Part shown: one piece after another, positions 17,719-26,450 of the stretch
Position numbering within the stretch: position 1 is the first letter of the stretch
Layout: every line of letters begins with the position of its first letter
IMG/VR virus record: IMGVR_UViG_3300045283_000349
Location: 2,968 to 66,967 of that record
Strand: one strand, 5' to 3'
Length of the DNA stretch: 64,000 bases
Source of the DNA: a virus
Translations under genes and position numbers: made by a program
The notes under the pieces: model-generated
What the model saw: the letters and a program-made list of their open reading frames with translations, nothing else
Told to the model about the DNA's origin: nothing
Databases searched by the model: none

Positions 17719-18732
17719 CTACGTGGTCACCGAGGGCATCAGGTTGCACGCCATGTTGAGCGGCCCGTGATAAAGGTCGCCCGGATTCGACCGGAGGATG
17801 GTTGCGCCCGCCGTGTTCTTGGCAGCCATCAGCGGGGCCGCACTGCCCGTGATGGGCACCGTCGTCGTGTTGGTCGCGACCAAGGCCTGGCCAATGTAGA
17901 AATACACGGCCTTGGTGCCGCCATCGTTCACGTTGGCGCCGCGGTACTCGATCCGCATCCGCATGTTGGCGCCCGCGCTAACGGCAACGCCGGTGTCGGT
18001 CATGGTCTCGCTGGTCGCGTCGCGCGTGACCGCCTGCCAATTCGCCTTCGTGATGTCGCGCAGGAAATAGCAGCCCGGGATCGTCCTCGGATCGCCGACG
18101 AAAACGTCGGTGATTCCAGCCATCACGTCCGGCCTGGTCGCGCCAGCATCGTCGCCGACATTGAGGATCGTCTCCCAGGCGATGTCCGCATCGGCGTGAA
18201 AAGCGCACATGGGCGCAGCCTGCAGGCCGTAGAACTGATTGAGCACGTCCCCGGCGCAGATGCGGACCATGCCCATCCGATCGTTGGGCACGCCGGCGTA
18301 GGTAGCAGCGGGCGGATGCACGAACACGATGCCGCTGGCGACGGCGCTGCAGATGTTGACCCAGTTGACGCCCGGATAGTTGGGCAGCACGCGGCCGCTG
18401 GGATCGCCCGACAGCCCGGTGACGAAGGGCCAGCGCTCCTGCATCTGCAGGTATGTGCCGGCGGGCAGGCCATTGCGGTCGAGCGCCCAGCGCGTGTGAC
18501 CCAAGGAGGTGCGGCCGCGGTACAGGTGGCGGACCGCCGCGCTGGTGCTGCCCTTAGGCTTCATAGCCCGGGCCAGGTGATTAGCGAGCACCTTGAACGC
18601 CTGGGCGATCGAGGCAGCATTGGCCAGATCGCCATCGGCCGGCAGCGTGATCGCCGGCGTTGCCTCGGGCTTTTGCCCAGCGTCGGGAGCCAGCGGCGCT
18701 GCATCCGGATCGGCTGTGTAAGTCGTCGACAT
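17719..18732 (-). CDS. putative tail fibre / receptor-binding protein
   Basis: AGGAG SD; follows baseplate wedge genes; beta-rich C-terminus. Confidence 0.55.
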   Translation of the reverse strand: MSTTYTADPDAAPLAPDAGQKPEATPAITLPADGDLANAASIAQAFKVLANHLARAMKPKGSTSAAVRHLYRGRTSLGHTRWALDRNGLPAGTYLQMQERWPFVTGLSGDPSGRVLPNYPGVNWVNICSAVASGIVFVHPPAATYAGVPNDRMGMVRICAGDVLNQFYGLQAAPMCAFHADADIAWETILNVGDDAGATRPDVMAGITDVFVGDPRTIPGCYFLRDITKANWQAVTRDATSETMTDTGVAVSAGANMRMRIEYRGANVNDGGTKAVYFYIGQALVATNTTTVPITGSAAPLMAAKNTAGATILRSNPGDLYHGPLNMACNLMPSVTT

Positions 18733-18744
18733 TCTCGTGCTCTC

Positions 18745-19434
18745 CTATCGCGGCGGGATAAACGATCCCGTGCCGCCCCAATTGAACGATCCCCAGGTGC
18801 GCGTTGTCGGCCAGCCCCACGTCGCGCCCGAGGCGATGATTGCGGTCCCGATGAAGTCGGCCTTGGCCGGGCGCCAGCGCCACACGATCCGGTTCAGCTT
18901 GGCGGCCGCCGCGCTGAATAGACCGGTCAACGCGTCCCACGTGAGCGATGGTTGCGCGGCCACGAAGAGCAGGCCGAATTCCGCGTATGCCTCGGGCGGC
19001 TTTCCGCTCCAGGTCCACACCGGCCCATCCGTGATCGTGGTCGCGCCGAGGCTCGTCCGCGTCGAGCGGCGGCCGCTGCGCTGGATCACGTACAGATTGG
19101 CGCGGTCGTAGCCCGCGATGTCGAGCTGCCCCAACAGCGCCCCGTGCGAGCCCATGCGCGGGAACACGTCCCAGGCCAGGCGCAGCCGCTCGCCATACTG
19201 CGCATTGGTCTCGGTCGGGCCGCGCTCGAGCTGGCGTTCGGCACCGATCTTGGCCAGCGCCTCGGTCGCCGGGGTCATCGTCGAGACGACGCCGGGCATC
19301 GACAGCTTGCGCGCCTGGATCATCTCGTCCGTGCACTCGTCGAGCTCGGCACCGAGCGCCTTGATCAGTCGCCCGCTCCAGGTGCCCTGCAGCGCGGGGG
19401 GCGCGAGCTTTGGCAGCCAGTCCTCGTAGAGCAT
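18745..19434 (-). CDS. baseplate wedge protein (gpI/gp48-like)
   Basis: ATG 19434 coupled to baseplate J; L..IG.ER.L.RGP.ET..QY..RL. Confidence 0.65.
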   Translation of the reverse strand: MLYEDWLPKLAPPALQGTWSGRLIKALGAELDECTDEMIQARKLSMPGVVSTMTPATEALAKIGAERQLERGPTETNAQYGERLRLAWDVFPRMGSHGALLGQLDIAGYDRANLYVIQRSGRRSTRTSLGATTITDGPVWTWSGKPPEAYAEFGLLFVAAQPSLTWDALTGLFSAAAAKLNRIVWRWRPAKADFIGTAIIASGATWGWPTTRTWGSFNWGGTGSFIPPR

Positions 19435-20894
19435 CAGAGCACGATCCAGTTGAGCAAGGTGGCCAGCGAGCTGCCGGCCAAGGCCTGCATCACCTCGGTG
19501 CTGAGCACCGTGAAATCCGGATAGATCGCACTGCCGGTGGGGCCGATGAAGATGTCGAAATAATCGACCGCACCGGCGTCCATCAGGATCTGGATCAGCT
19601 TGGCCGCGCGGACAGTTCCGCCGATCGGCAGGCCCGCGATGTAGACCTGCCAGGCCAACTGCGCCTCGGTCTGGATCCGGGTCAGGTCGGCCGCGTTGAC
19701 CTCCACGTTGCCAGCGCTCTCGATGTCGACCACCGTGGCGGCGGCGACGAACGGGTGGTCTGTCACGCCGGCCCGCTGATCGATGTAGGCCTGCACTGTG
19801 CTGACAATGCCGGTCAGATCCGAGAGGCCAGCGATCAGAATATCCGTGCGGCCCGGGTGCGCGGCCGTGTTGTTGGGATTGACGGTCACCTTGGTGACCT
19901 GGGTCGAGGCCAGGCGCGCCCACTGCTCGTAGATGTCCGTGGTCGGGACCTCGGCCAGCGAGGGCCAGCGGGCCATCATCCGCGCGCCCAGCGCCTCCTT
20001 GGTCTCCTCATCCAGGCCTTGGAGCGCGATGGGTGATCCGGGCGTGCTGAAGTCGTAGGTGTCGAGGTAGACGAACGAGGGGTTAGCGGTGCCCGCCACG
20101 AACGCCACCACCGTCCCCCCGGGCAGCACCACGCCCCCGCTGGCGCAGCTGCCGGCGGGAATGTAGGGCGCGCCGTCCTGGCTGTACTCGAACGTGGCGA
20201 CGTCGGGCTGGCCCGATGCCGTGATCCGCAGCGTGAACCGCGCCGGGCCCGTAGGCGTCCCGCCCAGCGACAGGGTGCCGGTCCCACTGCCGGCGTGGCC
20301 AACCGCGGAGAAGGTCGGCGCGCCGTTGATCGCGCTCACGCCCGGCAGCTGCTTGGTCAGCAGGGTGGTGATCTCACCGGCCACATCGGCGTAGGCCGCC
20401 CCCGGGCTCTCGGCTTTGAACTGCAGCGCCTTGTAGTCGGTGCCGTCGACCGCGGTGGGGCCGACACCGAGCGCGGTGCCGATCGGGATCGTCCCGGCCT
20501 GAGCCAGGATGTAGCGGTTGCCCGACAGCGCCTGCACCACGAGATCGCCGGCGGCGACGGTGTAGGGTCCCACGCCCGGAGCCGCGTACAGCTTGACGGT
20601 CTGGACCGTGAAGCTGGCGCCGATCTTGTCGATCGCGTAGTTCTGCTGGGCCAGCAGCGTCAGCCAATCATCGTCGGCCTCGTCGACGAAGCCGCCGCCG
20701 GCGATGCGCGGCACGAGGCCCGCCACGTTGTCGGCGATGCCGGCAGCGGCCATCTCAACGAAGGTCCGGCCGTTCGCCCCGGGGGCGAAATCGGTGATGG
20801 GGAAGCCGTCGCTGTTGAGCCGGCCGAACAGCCGCTCGCGGATCTGGTCCTGGGTCAGCCCCGCGAGTAGCTGGTCGAATGTCAGGAGCGCCAC
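19434..20894 (-). CDS. baseplate J-like protein
   Basis: A...WL.LLA, AESPG, G.DEET...L..R, Y..WA motifs. Confidence 0.8.
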   Translation of the reverse strand: MALLTFDQLLAGLTQDQIRERLFGRLNSDGFPITDFAPGANGRTFVEMAAAGIADNVAGLVPRIAGGGFVDEADDDWLTLLAQQNYAIDKIGASFTVQTVKLYAAPGVGPYTVAAGDLVVQALSGNRYILAQAGTIPIGTALGVGPTAVDGTDYKALQFKAESPGAAYADVAGEITTLLTKQLPGVSAINGAPTFSAVGHAGSGTGTLSLGGTPTGPARFTLRITASGQPDVATFEYSQDGAPYIPAGSCASGGVVLPGGTVVAFVAGTANPSFVYLDTYDFSTPGSPIALQGLDEETKEALGARMMARWPSLAEVPTTDIYEQWARLASTQVTKVTVNPNNTAAHPGRTDILIAGLSDLTGIVSTVQAYIDQRAGVTDHPFVAAATVVDIESAGNVEVNAADLTRIQTEAQLAWQVYIAGLPIGGTVRAAKLIQILMDAGAVDYFDIFIGPTGSAIYPDFTVLSTEVMQALAGSSLATLLNWIVL

Positions 20895-20900
20895 GACCCG

Positions 20901-20936
20901 ACTCTACGGGGCCGGGACGGCAGCCTAAAGGTTTCG
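20901..20936 (-). promoter_or_regulatory. phage late promoter, copy 3
   Basis: CGAAACC TTTAGG N17 TAGAGT N6 GTG. Confidence 0.75.
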
Positions 20937-20976
20937 TTGACCTATTGAGCTATGGACCTGGGTACCCGTGGACCGG
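20937..20976 (+). repeat. 8-bp unit array B
   Basis: TTGACCTA TTGAGCTA TGGACCTG GGTACCCG TGGACCGG in exact 8-nt phase. Confidence 0.7.
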
Positions 20977-20994
20977 GCGACACCAGGACCCGCA

Positions 20995-21633
20995 TCAGTA
21001 AGCGCACTCGTCGCAGCTCGCCACGCAGAGGATCCGCGAGACGTCGTGATAGTCGGCCGTGTACGAGCCGGGCGGGCTGGCCTTGGTGCAACCGCTGGCC
21101 GGCTCAGGGGCAGCTTTCGAGCCAGTCGCGCAGGTGGCGCAGCGGCTGCCGTCCTTGCGCTGCCAGCGGAAGTAGCCGGGGACACCCAGGTCAGCAACGC
21201 CGCAGCTGCCCGTGAACTGGACCCCGTTTTCGCAGCCCGGGTAGACCACATGCGCGGGCGGGTCGGCGTCGACCATCACCACCGGCGGGGTGCCGCCGTC
21301 TGCGGCGCCGGCGTCCGCCGCGCCCGTTTGCCCGCCGGTGCCCGGCATCGCGTCCGGCGCGGCCGGCAGCGCGTCCGGGGCCGCTTCCCCGCCCTGGCCA
21401 CCCTGCCCGCCCTCGCCCGCCTGCGCGCCGCCTGTGCCCGTTTCCGGGGGCGTGGCGACGGGATCCTTCATGACGACCGGCTTGCCCTTCTCGGGGTCCT
21501 TCTTCACGTCGGGCATCGCGCCAACGCCCGCGTCACTTTGCAGCTCGGCGACGGGCGCGGCGGCGTCCGTCGTGGACATGTCGCAGGCGGCGAAAAGCAG
21601 TGCGGCGAGGGCGATAATGCGGCTCTTGTTCAT
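20995..21633 (-). CDS. lipoprotein with low-complexity linker and Cys-rich C-terminal domain
   Basis: signal peptide with lipobox LFAA-C; G/A/D/P-rich linker; 8 Cys in the C-terminal domain. Confidence 0.75.
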   Translation of the reverse strand: MNKSRIIALAALLFAACDMSTTDAAAPVAELQSDAGVGAMPDVKKDPEKGKPVVMKDPVATPPETGTGGAQAGEGGQGGQGGEAAPDALPAAPDAMPGTGGQTGAADAGAADGGTPPVVMVDADPPAHVVYPGCENGVQFTGSCGVADLGVPGYFRWQRKDGSRCATCATGSKAAPEPASGCTKASPPGSYTADYHDVSRILCVASCDECAY

Positions 21634-21690
21634 GGGTTCGGCTCCGTACCCCTGAACAACGGCAGGACCATAACGAAGCTTGAGCCCCGG

Positions 21691-21708
21691 CTATAACCGG
21701 GGTTATAG
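21691..21708. promoter_or_regulatory. palindromic TA operator
   Basis: CTATAACC-GG-GGTTATAG directly upstream of the antitoxin start. Confidence 0.7.
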
Positions 21709-21715
21709 TTAACCC

Positions 21716-21946
21716 ATGTTGAACAAGCGTCTCATCAAGGTGGGCCAGTCTCTCGCCCTCATCATCGACAAGCCGATCCTGGAACTCCTGGGCCTGAACG
21801 GCGAATCGGATCTGGAGATCACCACGGACGGCCGCGCGCTGAAGATCGTGCCCAAGGTTCGCCACGCGACCCGTGAGCAGCTGGAAGCGGCCATGCAGCA
21901 GGTCTTCACCGACCACGCCGAAACCTTCGCCAAGCTGGCCAAGTGA
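21716..21946 (+). CDS. AbrB/MazE-type antitoxin
   Basis: KVGQSLALIIDKPIL..LGL; overlaps the toxin start. Confidence 0.85.
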   Translation: MLNKRLIKVGQSLALIIDKPILELLGLNGESDLEITTDGRALKIVPKVRHATREQLEAAMQQVFTDHAETFAKLAK

Positions 21947-22329
21947 TGACCGAGCCAGTCTTCCTCACGGTCGAAGACGTGGAGCTGATGCATGCGCGCG
22001 GCATCGCCCTTCATGGGGGCCAGCACGGCGTGCGCGATCGCGGGAGCCTCGAATCCGCGGTCGCCACGCCCCAGGCTGGCTTCGGCGGCGAGTACGCGCA
22101 CCCCACGCTCTGGCTGATGGCCGCGGCGTACGCCTTCCACATCGCCGAAAACCAGGCCTTCCTCGACGGCAACAAGCGGGCCGGGCTGGCTGCCGCGCTC
22201 GCCTTTCTCAACGTCAACGGCCACCCGGTGCGAACCACCACCGGCCTGTACGAGGCCATGATCGCGATCAGCGCGCGCAAGCTCGACAAGGTCGGGCTGG
22301 CCGCCCTGCTCGAATCGCTGGCCAGTTAG
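21943..22329 (+). CDS. doc: Doc (Fic-family) toxin
   Basis: GVRD.G.LESAV..P, AA.Y, QAFLDGNKR. Confidence 0.88.
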   Translation: MMTEPVFLTVEDVELMHARGIALHGGQHGVRDRGSLESAVATPQAGFGGEYAHPTLWLMAAAYAFHIAENQAFLDGNKRAGLAAALAFLNVNGHPVRTTTGLYEAMIAISARKLDKVGLAALLESLAS

Positions 22330-23849
22330 GCCGCGTCGAGCAGGCCGAGGATCTCGACGGTCACGGCCGAGATGCCCAGCACCAGCGTGAAGGGCCCGGC
22401 CGCGGTCGTGCCCCGGATCGTCACCTTCATCGTCTCGGACGACCGCACGAACAGGACGTCCGCCGTGATGGCCTGCACGCGCTCGTCCTTGGCGCACTCG
22501 GCGGCGATCTCGTCGGGCAGCACCGCCATCTGCGAGTCGGTGACGCCCGCGTTCAGGTAGTCCCGCAGGTCGAAGCCGTAGCTCGGATCGTAGAACAGCC
22601 TGCCCCGCGGCGTGATCAACCGGCGGGCCAGCGCCATGCCGAGATTCTGCAGGCCCGACGCCAGCGCGAAGGTCGGGGTGATGTCGGTCACGCCGGCGAA
22701 GTCCACGCCTAGGTCCACGCGAGCGTCCGGCGTCCGGCCCGACAGCGGCGCCACATAGGTGGGCGTCACCACCGGCGGCGCGGGGGGATAGACCGGCAAG
22801 GCCGGGCAAGCGGCGCAGCCTGGGAACACGTAGATCGGCACGTCGGTCCCGCTCGTGGTACTGCCGTCCCAGGGCACGAGGAGCCCAAACTGATCGGCGG
22901 GCCCGTACTTGAACGACTTCTTGCCGTCGCGGGTTGCGAAGTCGCTGGAGGCCGGCGCGGTGGCGCTGCAGATGTAGACGTCGGGCATCCAGTAGCGGGC
23001 GTCGTGCGTGGTCAGCGAGCGCAGCCCGATCTTGTGCACCGGGTAGGCCGCCCGCCACGGGTCCAGCCGGTTGAGCCAGAGGCTCGCGTGATCGATGTCC
23101 ATCGACCGGTGCTCTTGCAGCGTCCCGTCCTGCAGCCGGCCCACGCAGCTGCCGTTCGTACCGGTGAAGAGAAACGGCGTCGCGCCGAAGGTCTGGTTGT
23201 TGCCGATGAAGGCGAGGTAGGGGTTGAGGTCGGCGGCGTGCGGCAGCTCGAGCGGGAAATAGCCCAGCAGCAGGCCGTCGGCGGTCAGGTCGGGCGTGGT
23301 GTCTCGATAGACGCCGCTGTAAAAGCCGCGGCCATCCTTGCGCACAGCCAGATAGAAGTACTCGTTCGACGTCGACTGCGGCGTGAAGGTGACGCCGGCC
23401 GTGTTCAGCTCCCGCGCCGCGGTCGGTGACGAGGTGACGTCCGTGGGCCGCGTGGCGGTCCCAGTGCCCCCGCCGCGCCAGGCGCCGCCGGTCTCAAACT
23501 TGTTGAGGGCGAACACGACCGTGATCACGGACACGGGCCCGCTGCTAGTGCCGAGCAGGAAGCAGACCTGGTGCCCGGTCGCGATGTTCTCGGCCACGGC
23601 CCAAATCGGGTTACCCGCGCCGGCGACCTCGGTCTGCAGTTTGCCGGTCAGATAGTCGACGCCGTCGGGGGTCGCGCTGTAGGCCGCGCCCAGGGTGCCG
23701 TTGCGGGAGGTGCCGCGCACGCGCCACGGGCTCACCGGGTCAGCGAGCAGCCCGCTCCACATGGCCAGGAACCAGTTCCAGCGCAGGATCGTCGCGGATG
23801 CGCCCGTGATCGATTGCTTGGGCGTGATGGTGTAGTCAGTGTTGGCCAT
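22326..23849 (-). CDS. large N-terminal domain fused to gp25/gpW-like baseplate domain
   Basis: C-terminal LARRLITPRG.L.YDPSYG.DL...DERV; Pro-rich linker. Confidence 0.7.
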   Translation of the reverse strand: MANTDYTITPKQSITGASATILRWNWFLAMWSGLLADPVSPWRVRGTSRNGTLGAAYSATPDGVDYLTGKLQTEVAGAGNPIWAVAENIATGHQVCFLLGTSSGPVSVITVVFALNKFETGGAWRGGGTGTATRPTDVTSSPTAARELNTAGVTFTPQSTSNEYFYLAVRKDGRGFYSGVYRDTTPDLTADGLLLGYFPLELPHAADLNPYLAFIGNNQTFGATPFLFTGTNGSCVGRLQDGTLQEHRSMDIDHASLWLNRLDPWRAAYPVHKIGLRSLTTHDARYWMPDVYICSATAPASSDFATRDGKKSFKYGPADQFGLLVPWDGSTTSGTDVPIYVFPGCAACPALPVYPPAPPVVTPTYVAPLSGRTPDARVDLGVDFAGVTDITPTFALASGLQNLGMALARRLITPRGRLFYDPSYGFDLRDYLNAGVTDSQMAVLPDEIAAECAKDERVQAITADVLFVRSSETMKVTIRGTTAAGPFTLVLGISAVTVEILGLLDAA

Positions 23850-24076
23850 CAGCTGATGGTTCCCGTGGCCGCGCCGGTGACAGGCCCGCCCGCAGTGCCT
23901 GGTGGGGCCAGCAGCCCGGCGGGGTTCACGGTGACGACCCCCGCGGTTGTGAGGTGCTGGATCACGGCATCGGCCAGGGCCTCGAACGTCTTGGCCCTAT
24001 CGGCTTTGTCCTCATTGCTGAGGGCGTCCATTTTGGAATGCATCAAGGCGCCGAGGACGGTCTTGCTCAGAGCCAT
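23849..24076 (-). CDS. small baseplate / spike-tip-like protein
   Basis: ATG 24076 directly after spike gene; ALADAVI.HL...GGPVTG..TGTI. Confidence 0.5.
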   Translation of the reverse strand: MALSKTVLGALMHSKMDALSNEDKADRAKTFEALADAVIQHLTTAGVVTVNPAGLLAPPGTAGGPVTGAATGTIS

Positions 24077-24080
24077 GGCA

Positions 24081-24551
24081 TCACTTCGCGTAGACCTTTG
24101 CGGCCAGGTTGCCGGCCACGTAGTGGGGCGCGCCCGTGAACTGGCAGGGCGTCCGCCCGACCACCAGCTGATCGAGCAACGGCTGCAGGTCCTCGGCCCC
24201 CAGCTCGATCTTCGCCGCCGTGATGCTGATCGTGAACACCTCTGCCCCCTTCTGGAAAAGGAAAGCATAGGCGCGCTGCGGATCCCCGTTTCTCCAGCCC
24301 ACCATCACCATCGCCCCGGCCGGGATCGCGACCGTCGCCCCGGGGATTCCGAGGTCGAGGGGCACCTGCGCCATGGCCGACGGCAGGCGCGAATCCTCGG
24401 GGGCCACGTCGACCGTGCTCCGGTCAGCCGACTGCACCACGACCTTGGCGCTGTAGTATGCGAAGTAGTCAACGGTCGGTCTGCTGCTGCGGACGATCGC
24501 GAACAGCGCCTTCTTCATCGCGTCGGCCGCGGCCGAGGTCATGCCAGCCAT
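24081..24551 (-). CDS. baseplate spike (gpV/gp138-like)
   Basis: OB-fold-like N-terminus, G..V.V...NGDP; C-terminal C..TG.PH. Confidence 0.65.
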   Translation of the reverse strand: MAGMTSAAADAMKKALFAIVRSSRPTVDYFAYYSAKVVVQSADRSTVDVAPEDSRLPSAMAQVPLDLGIPGATVAIPAGAMVMVGWRNGDPQRAYAFLFQKGAEVFTISITAAKIELGAEDLQPLLDQLVVGRTPCQFTGAPHYVAGNLAAKVYAK

Positions 24552-25198
24552 GCCGTCGCCCTCGCGCCTTCGCGGCCGATCCGGTGCTCGACGTAGTCGA
24601 TCCGGTCATCGCCCAGGACCGTCGCCGGCAGCAGCGCGGGGCTGTTCAGGCCCAGCTCGAGGCGCCCCTCCCGCGGCATCCGGTCAAGTTCCCGCCACTC
24701 GCTGAGCGTCGAGTCGGGCCAGGTCTCGGCGCCGATCCAAAGTGTCCCGTCCGGCAGGAACCGCCAGGCCGTGCCGGCTGGCATCCCCGTCCCGACCAGG
24801 GCCGCCAGGGCCTCGCCCACCGGCATGCGCAGCGTGGTCCAGCCCGCGAGCGGCCGGCTCAGCAGGGCAGGATCGATCGTGGACGACAGGGTCTCGCCTG
24901 CCGACGCGACGAGGTCAGTCAGCACGGTGCGCACGGTCCCGCCGCCGTAGTGCTTGGGCGCCGTCTCCTTGCCGAGGCCGGCCTGGCCGGCAACGATGCG
25001 CGTGCACAGATAGCCGTAGGCCATGGTGCCGGCCACCACGGTGCCGACCAGGGTCGGACCCTCGGCGATCTCGATCGAGATGGAGCCCTTGATGTCGATG
25101 GTGGCGTCCAGCTCGAGGTCGGCCGCCCAGACACCCACCCGCGGCAGCAGGATGTTCCCGCCCCGGACCGCGTAGCCCCCGGCCGTGAGCAGCGCCAT
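24539..25198 (-). CDS. baseplate hub-like protein
   Basis: position before spike; WRFLPDGTLWIG. Confidence 0.55.
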   Translation of the reverse strand: MALLTAGGYAVRGGNILLPRVGVWAADLELDATIDIKGSISIEIAEGPTLVGTVVAGTMAYGYLCTRIVAGQAGLGKETAPKHYGGGTVRTVLTDLVASAGETLSSTIDPALLSRPLAGWTTLRMPVGEALAALVGTGMPAGTAWRFLPDGTLWIGAETWPDSTLSEWRELDRMPREGRLELGLNSPALLPATVLGDDRIDYVEHRIGREGARATAWLA

Positions 25199-25906
25199 CT
25201 AGTCCGCCCCCTGGCGGCCCGCGGGCAGGGATCCCTGCGTCGTGCCCGACGTCGTGCTCTGCCCCGGGCTCTTGCCCGCCTGGTTGACGGTGGCCGCAGG
25301 CAAGGTGTGCGTCGGCTTCAGCAGAGGCTCGTCGCCCTTGACTACCTTGGTTTTGCCGCTCTTGGGAGACGGCACGAATTCGAGGCACTTGATGTTGACG
25401 ATCCGGCTCTGCGGCGCCGGGCCCGGCTTGGGCAGCGAGCGGCCGGTGATGACGACCAGGTTGATCTTCGCCTCCTGCAAGGTCGGGTGCCCGATCGTGA
25501 CCGCCCTCTGCTCGGCCAGCGCGGCGCCCTTGGCGATCTGGCTGCGCTCGGCGCCCGTCTTGTCGATCGAGCTGAAGAACTGCACGCCGCGCTCGGAGAA
25601 GCCCGACGAGATCTTGCCTGGCCTGGTCCAGACCAGATCCATCACCTGTTGGAACACGGCCCATTGCTCCTCGGTCCACATGAGGACCTCGATATCGATG
25701 GGCCCGGGCAGGTAACCCTGCAGGATGATGGCCGCGCCGTCCCGGCCGGGGGCCTTCTCACGGCCATACTCCAGCGTCGGCAGCGCCTCGACCGAGCACT
25801 TGCCCGGCAGCTTCCTGCCGCCCAGGACAACGAGATCGTGGGGGTTGGGTGCGTACAGCGGCCCCTCGTAGCCCTGGGTTCCGCGGCCCCAGAATGTGGC
25901 GGCCAC
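25199..25906 (-). CDS. tail tube initiator / baseplate protein
   Basis: K.PG.DGA....G..P motif; position after TMP. Confidence 0.5.
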   Translation of the reverse strand: MAATFWGRGTQGYEGPLYAPNPHDLVVLGGRKLPGKCSVEALPTLEYGREKAPGRDGAAIILQGYLPGPIDIEVLMWTEEQWAVFQQVMDLVWTRPGKISSGFSERGVQFFSSIDKTGAERSQIAKGAALAEQRAVTIGHPTLQEAKINLVVITGRSLPKPGPAPQSRIVNIKCLEFVPSPKSGKTKVVKGDEPLLKPTHTLPAATVNQAGKSPGQSTTSGTTQGSLPAGRQGAD

Positions 25907-26446
25907 CTACGGCACCTCTTGTAGGTTGGAGGGCAAGATGTCGGGCCGCCAATCGATGGTCAGCTCGGAGTTTTCACCACCCTCGATCTCGGCCGTGCCG
26001 TAGATGATCGTGGTCGGATCCAAGGTGACCCGCACCTTGTTGGCCTCGTTGCCGTCCTGGCCGCTGAAGTCGATGTCGGTGATGCGGCAGCCTCGGATCA
26101 CATGGGTCGTCACACCCTCGGGCGCGGCCGTCTTGGTCGATGCCGACTCGTACATGAGCGGCTCGGCGAAGGCGACCTGGATGTCGAACGGGATGAGCCC
26201 GAAGCCGGGGCCCAACGTCTCGAGCAAGGCCTGAAACTCGTGTTGCAACATGTCGATGTCGCAGCGGTGATCGGCATCGCCCGGCGTCCGCCCCAGCTTC
26301 TCCGCGTCGGTGCCGCGGATGATCCCGGGCTTGAGGCTCGAGCCGTAGGCGATGCGGGTGATGCCGAGAAAGAGGCGGTTGTTCGCGGTCAGATCGATGC
26401 TCGCGAAGCTGTACCGGTGGCCGTTGATGAGCGCGCTGTCCGCCAT
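25907..26446 (-). CDS. second tail-tube-like protein
   Basis: paralog of 28890..29369 (I.G..YSFASI, GT..KLG.T.G, V.FAE, TH...GCRI). Confidence 0.7.
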   Translation of the reverse strand: MADSALINGHRYSFASIDLTANNRLFLGITRIAYGSSLKPGIIRGTDAEKLGRTPGDADHRCDIDMLQHEFQALLETLGPGFGLIPFDIQVAFAEPLMYESASTKTAAPEGVTTHVIRGCRITDIDFSGQDGNEANKVRVTLDPTTIIYGTAEIEGGENSELTIDWRPDILPSNLQEVP

Positions 26447-26450
26447 GACG

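Noticed and set aside
21919-21927. Eighth late-promoter copy (CGAAACCTT)
   Set aside because: Inside antitoxin codons; lacks the TTKRRG block and a correctly spaced start
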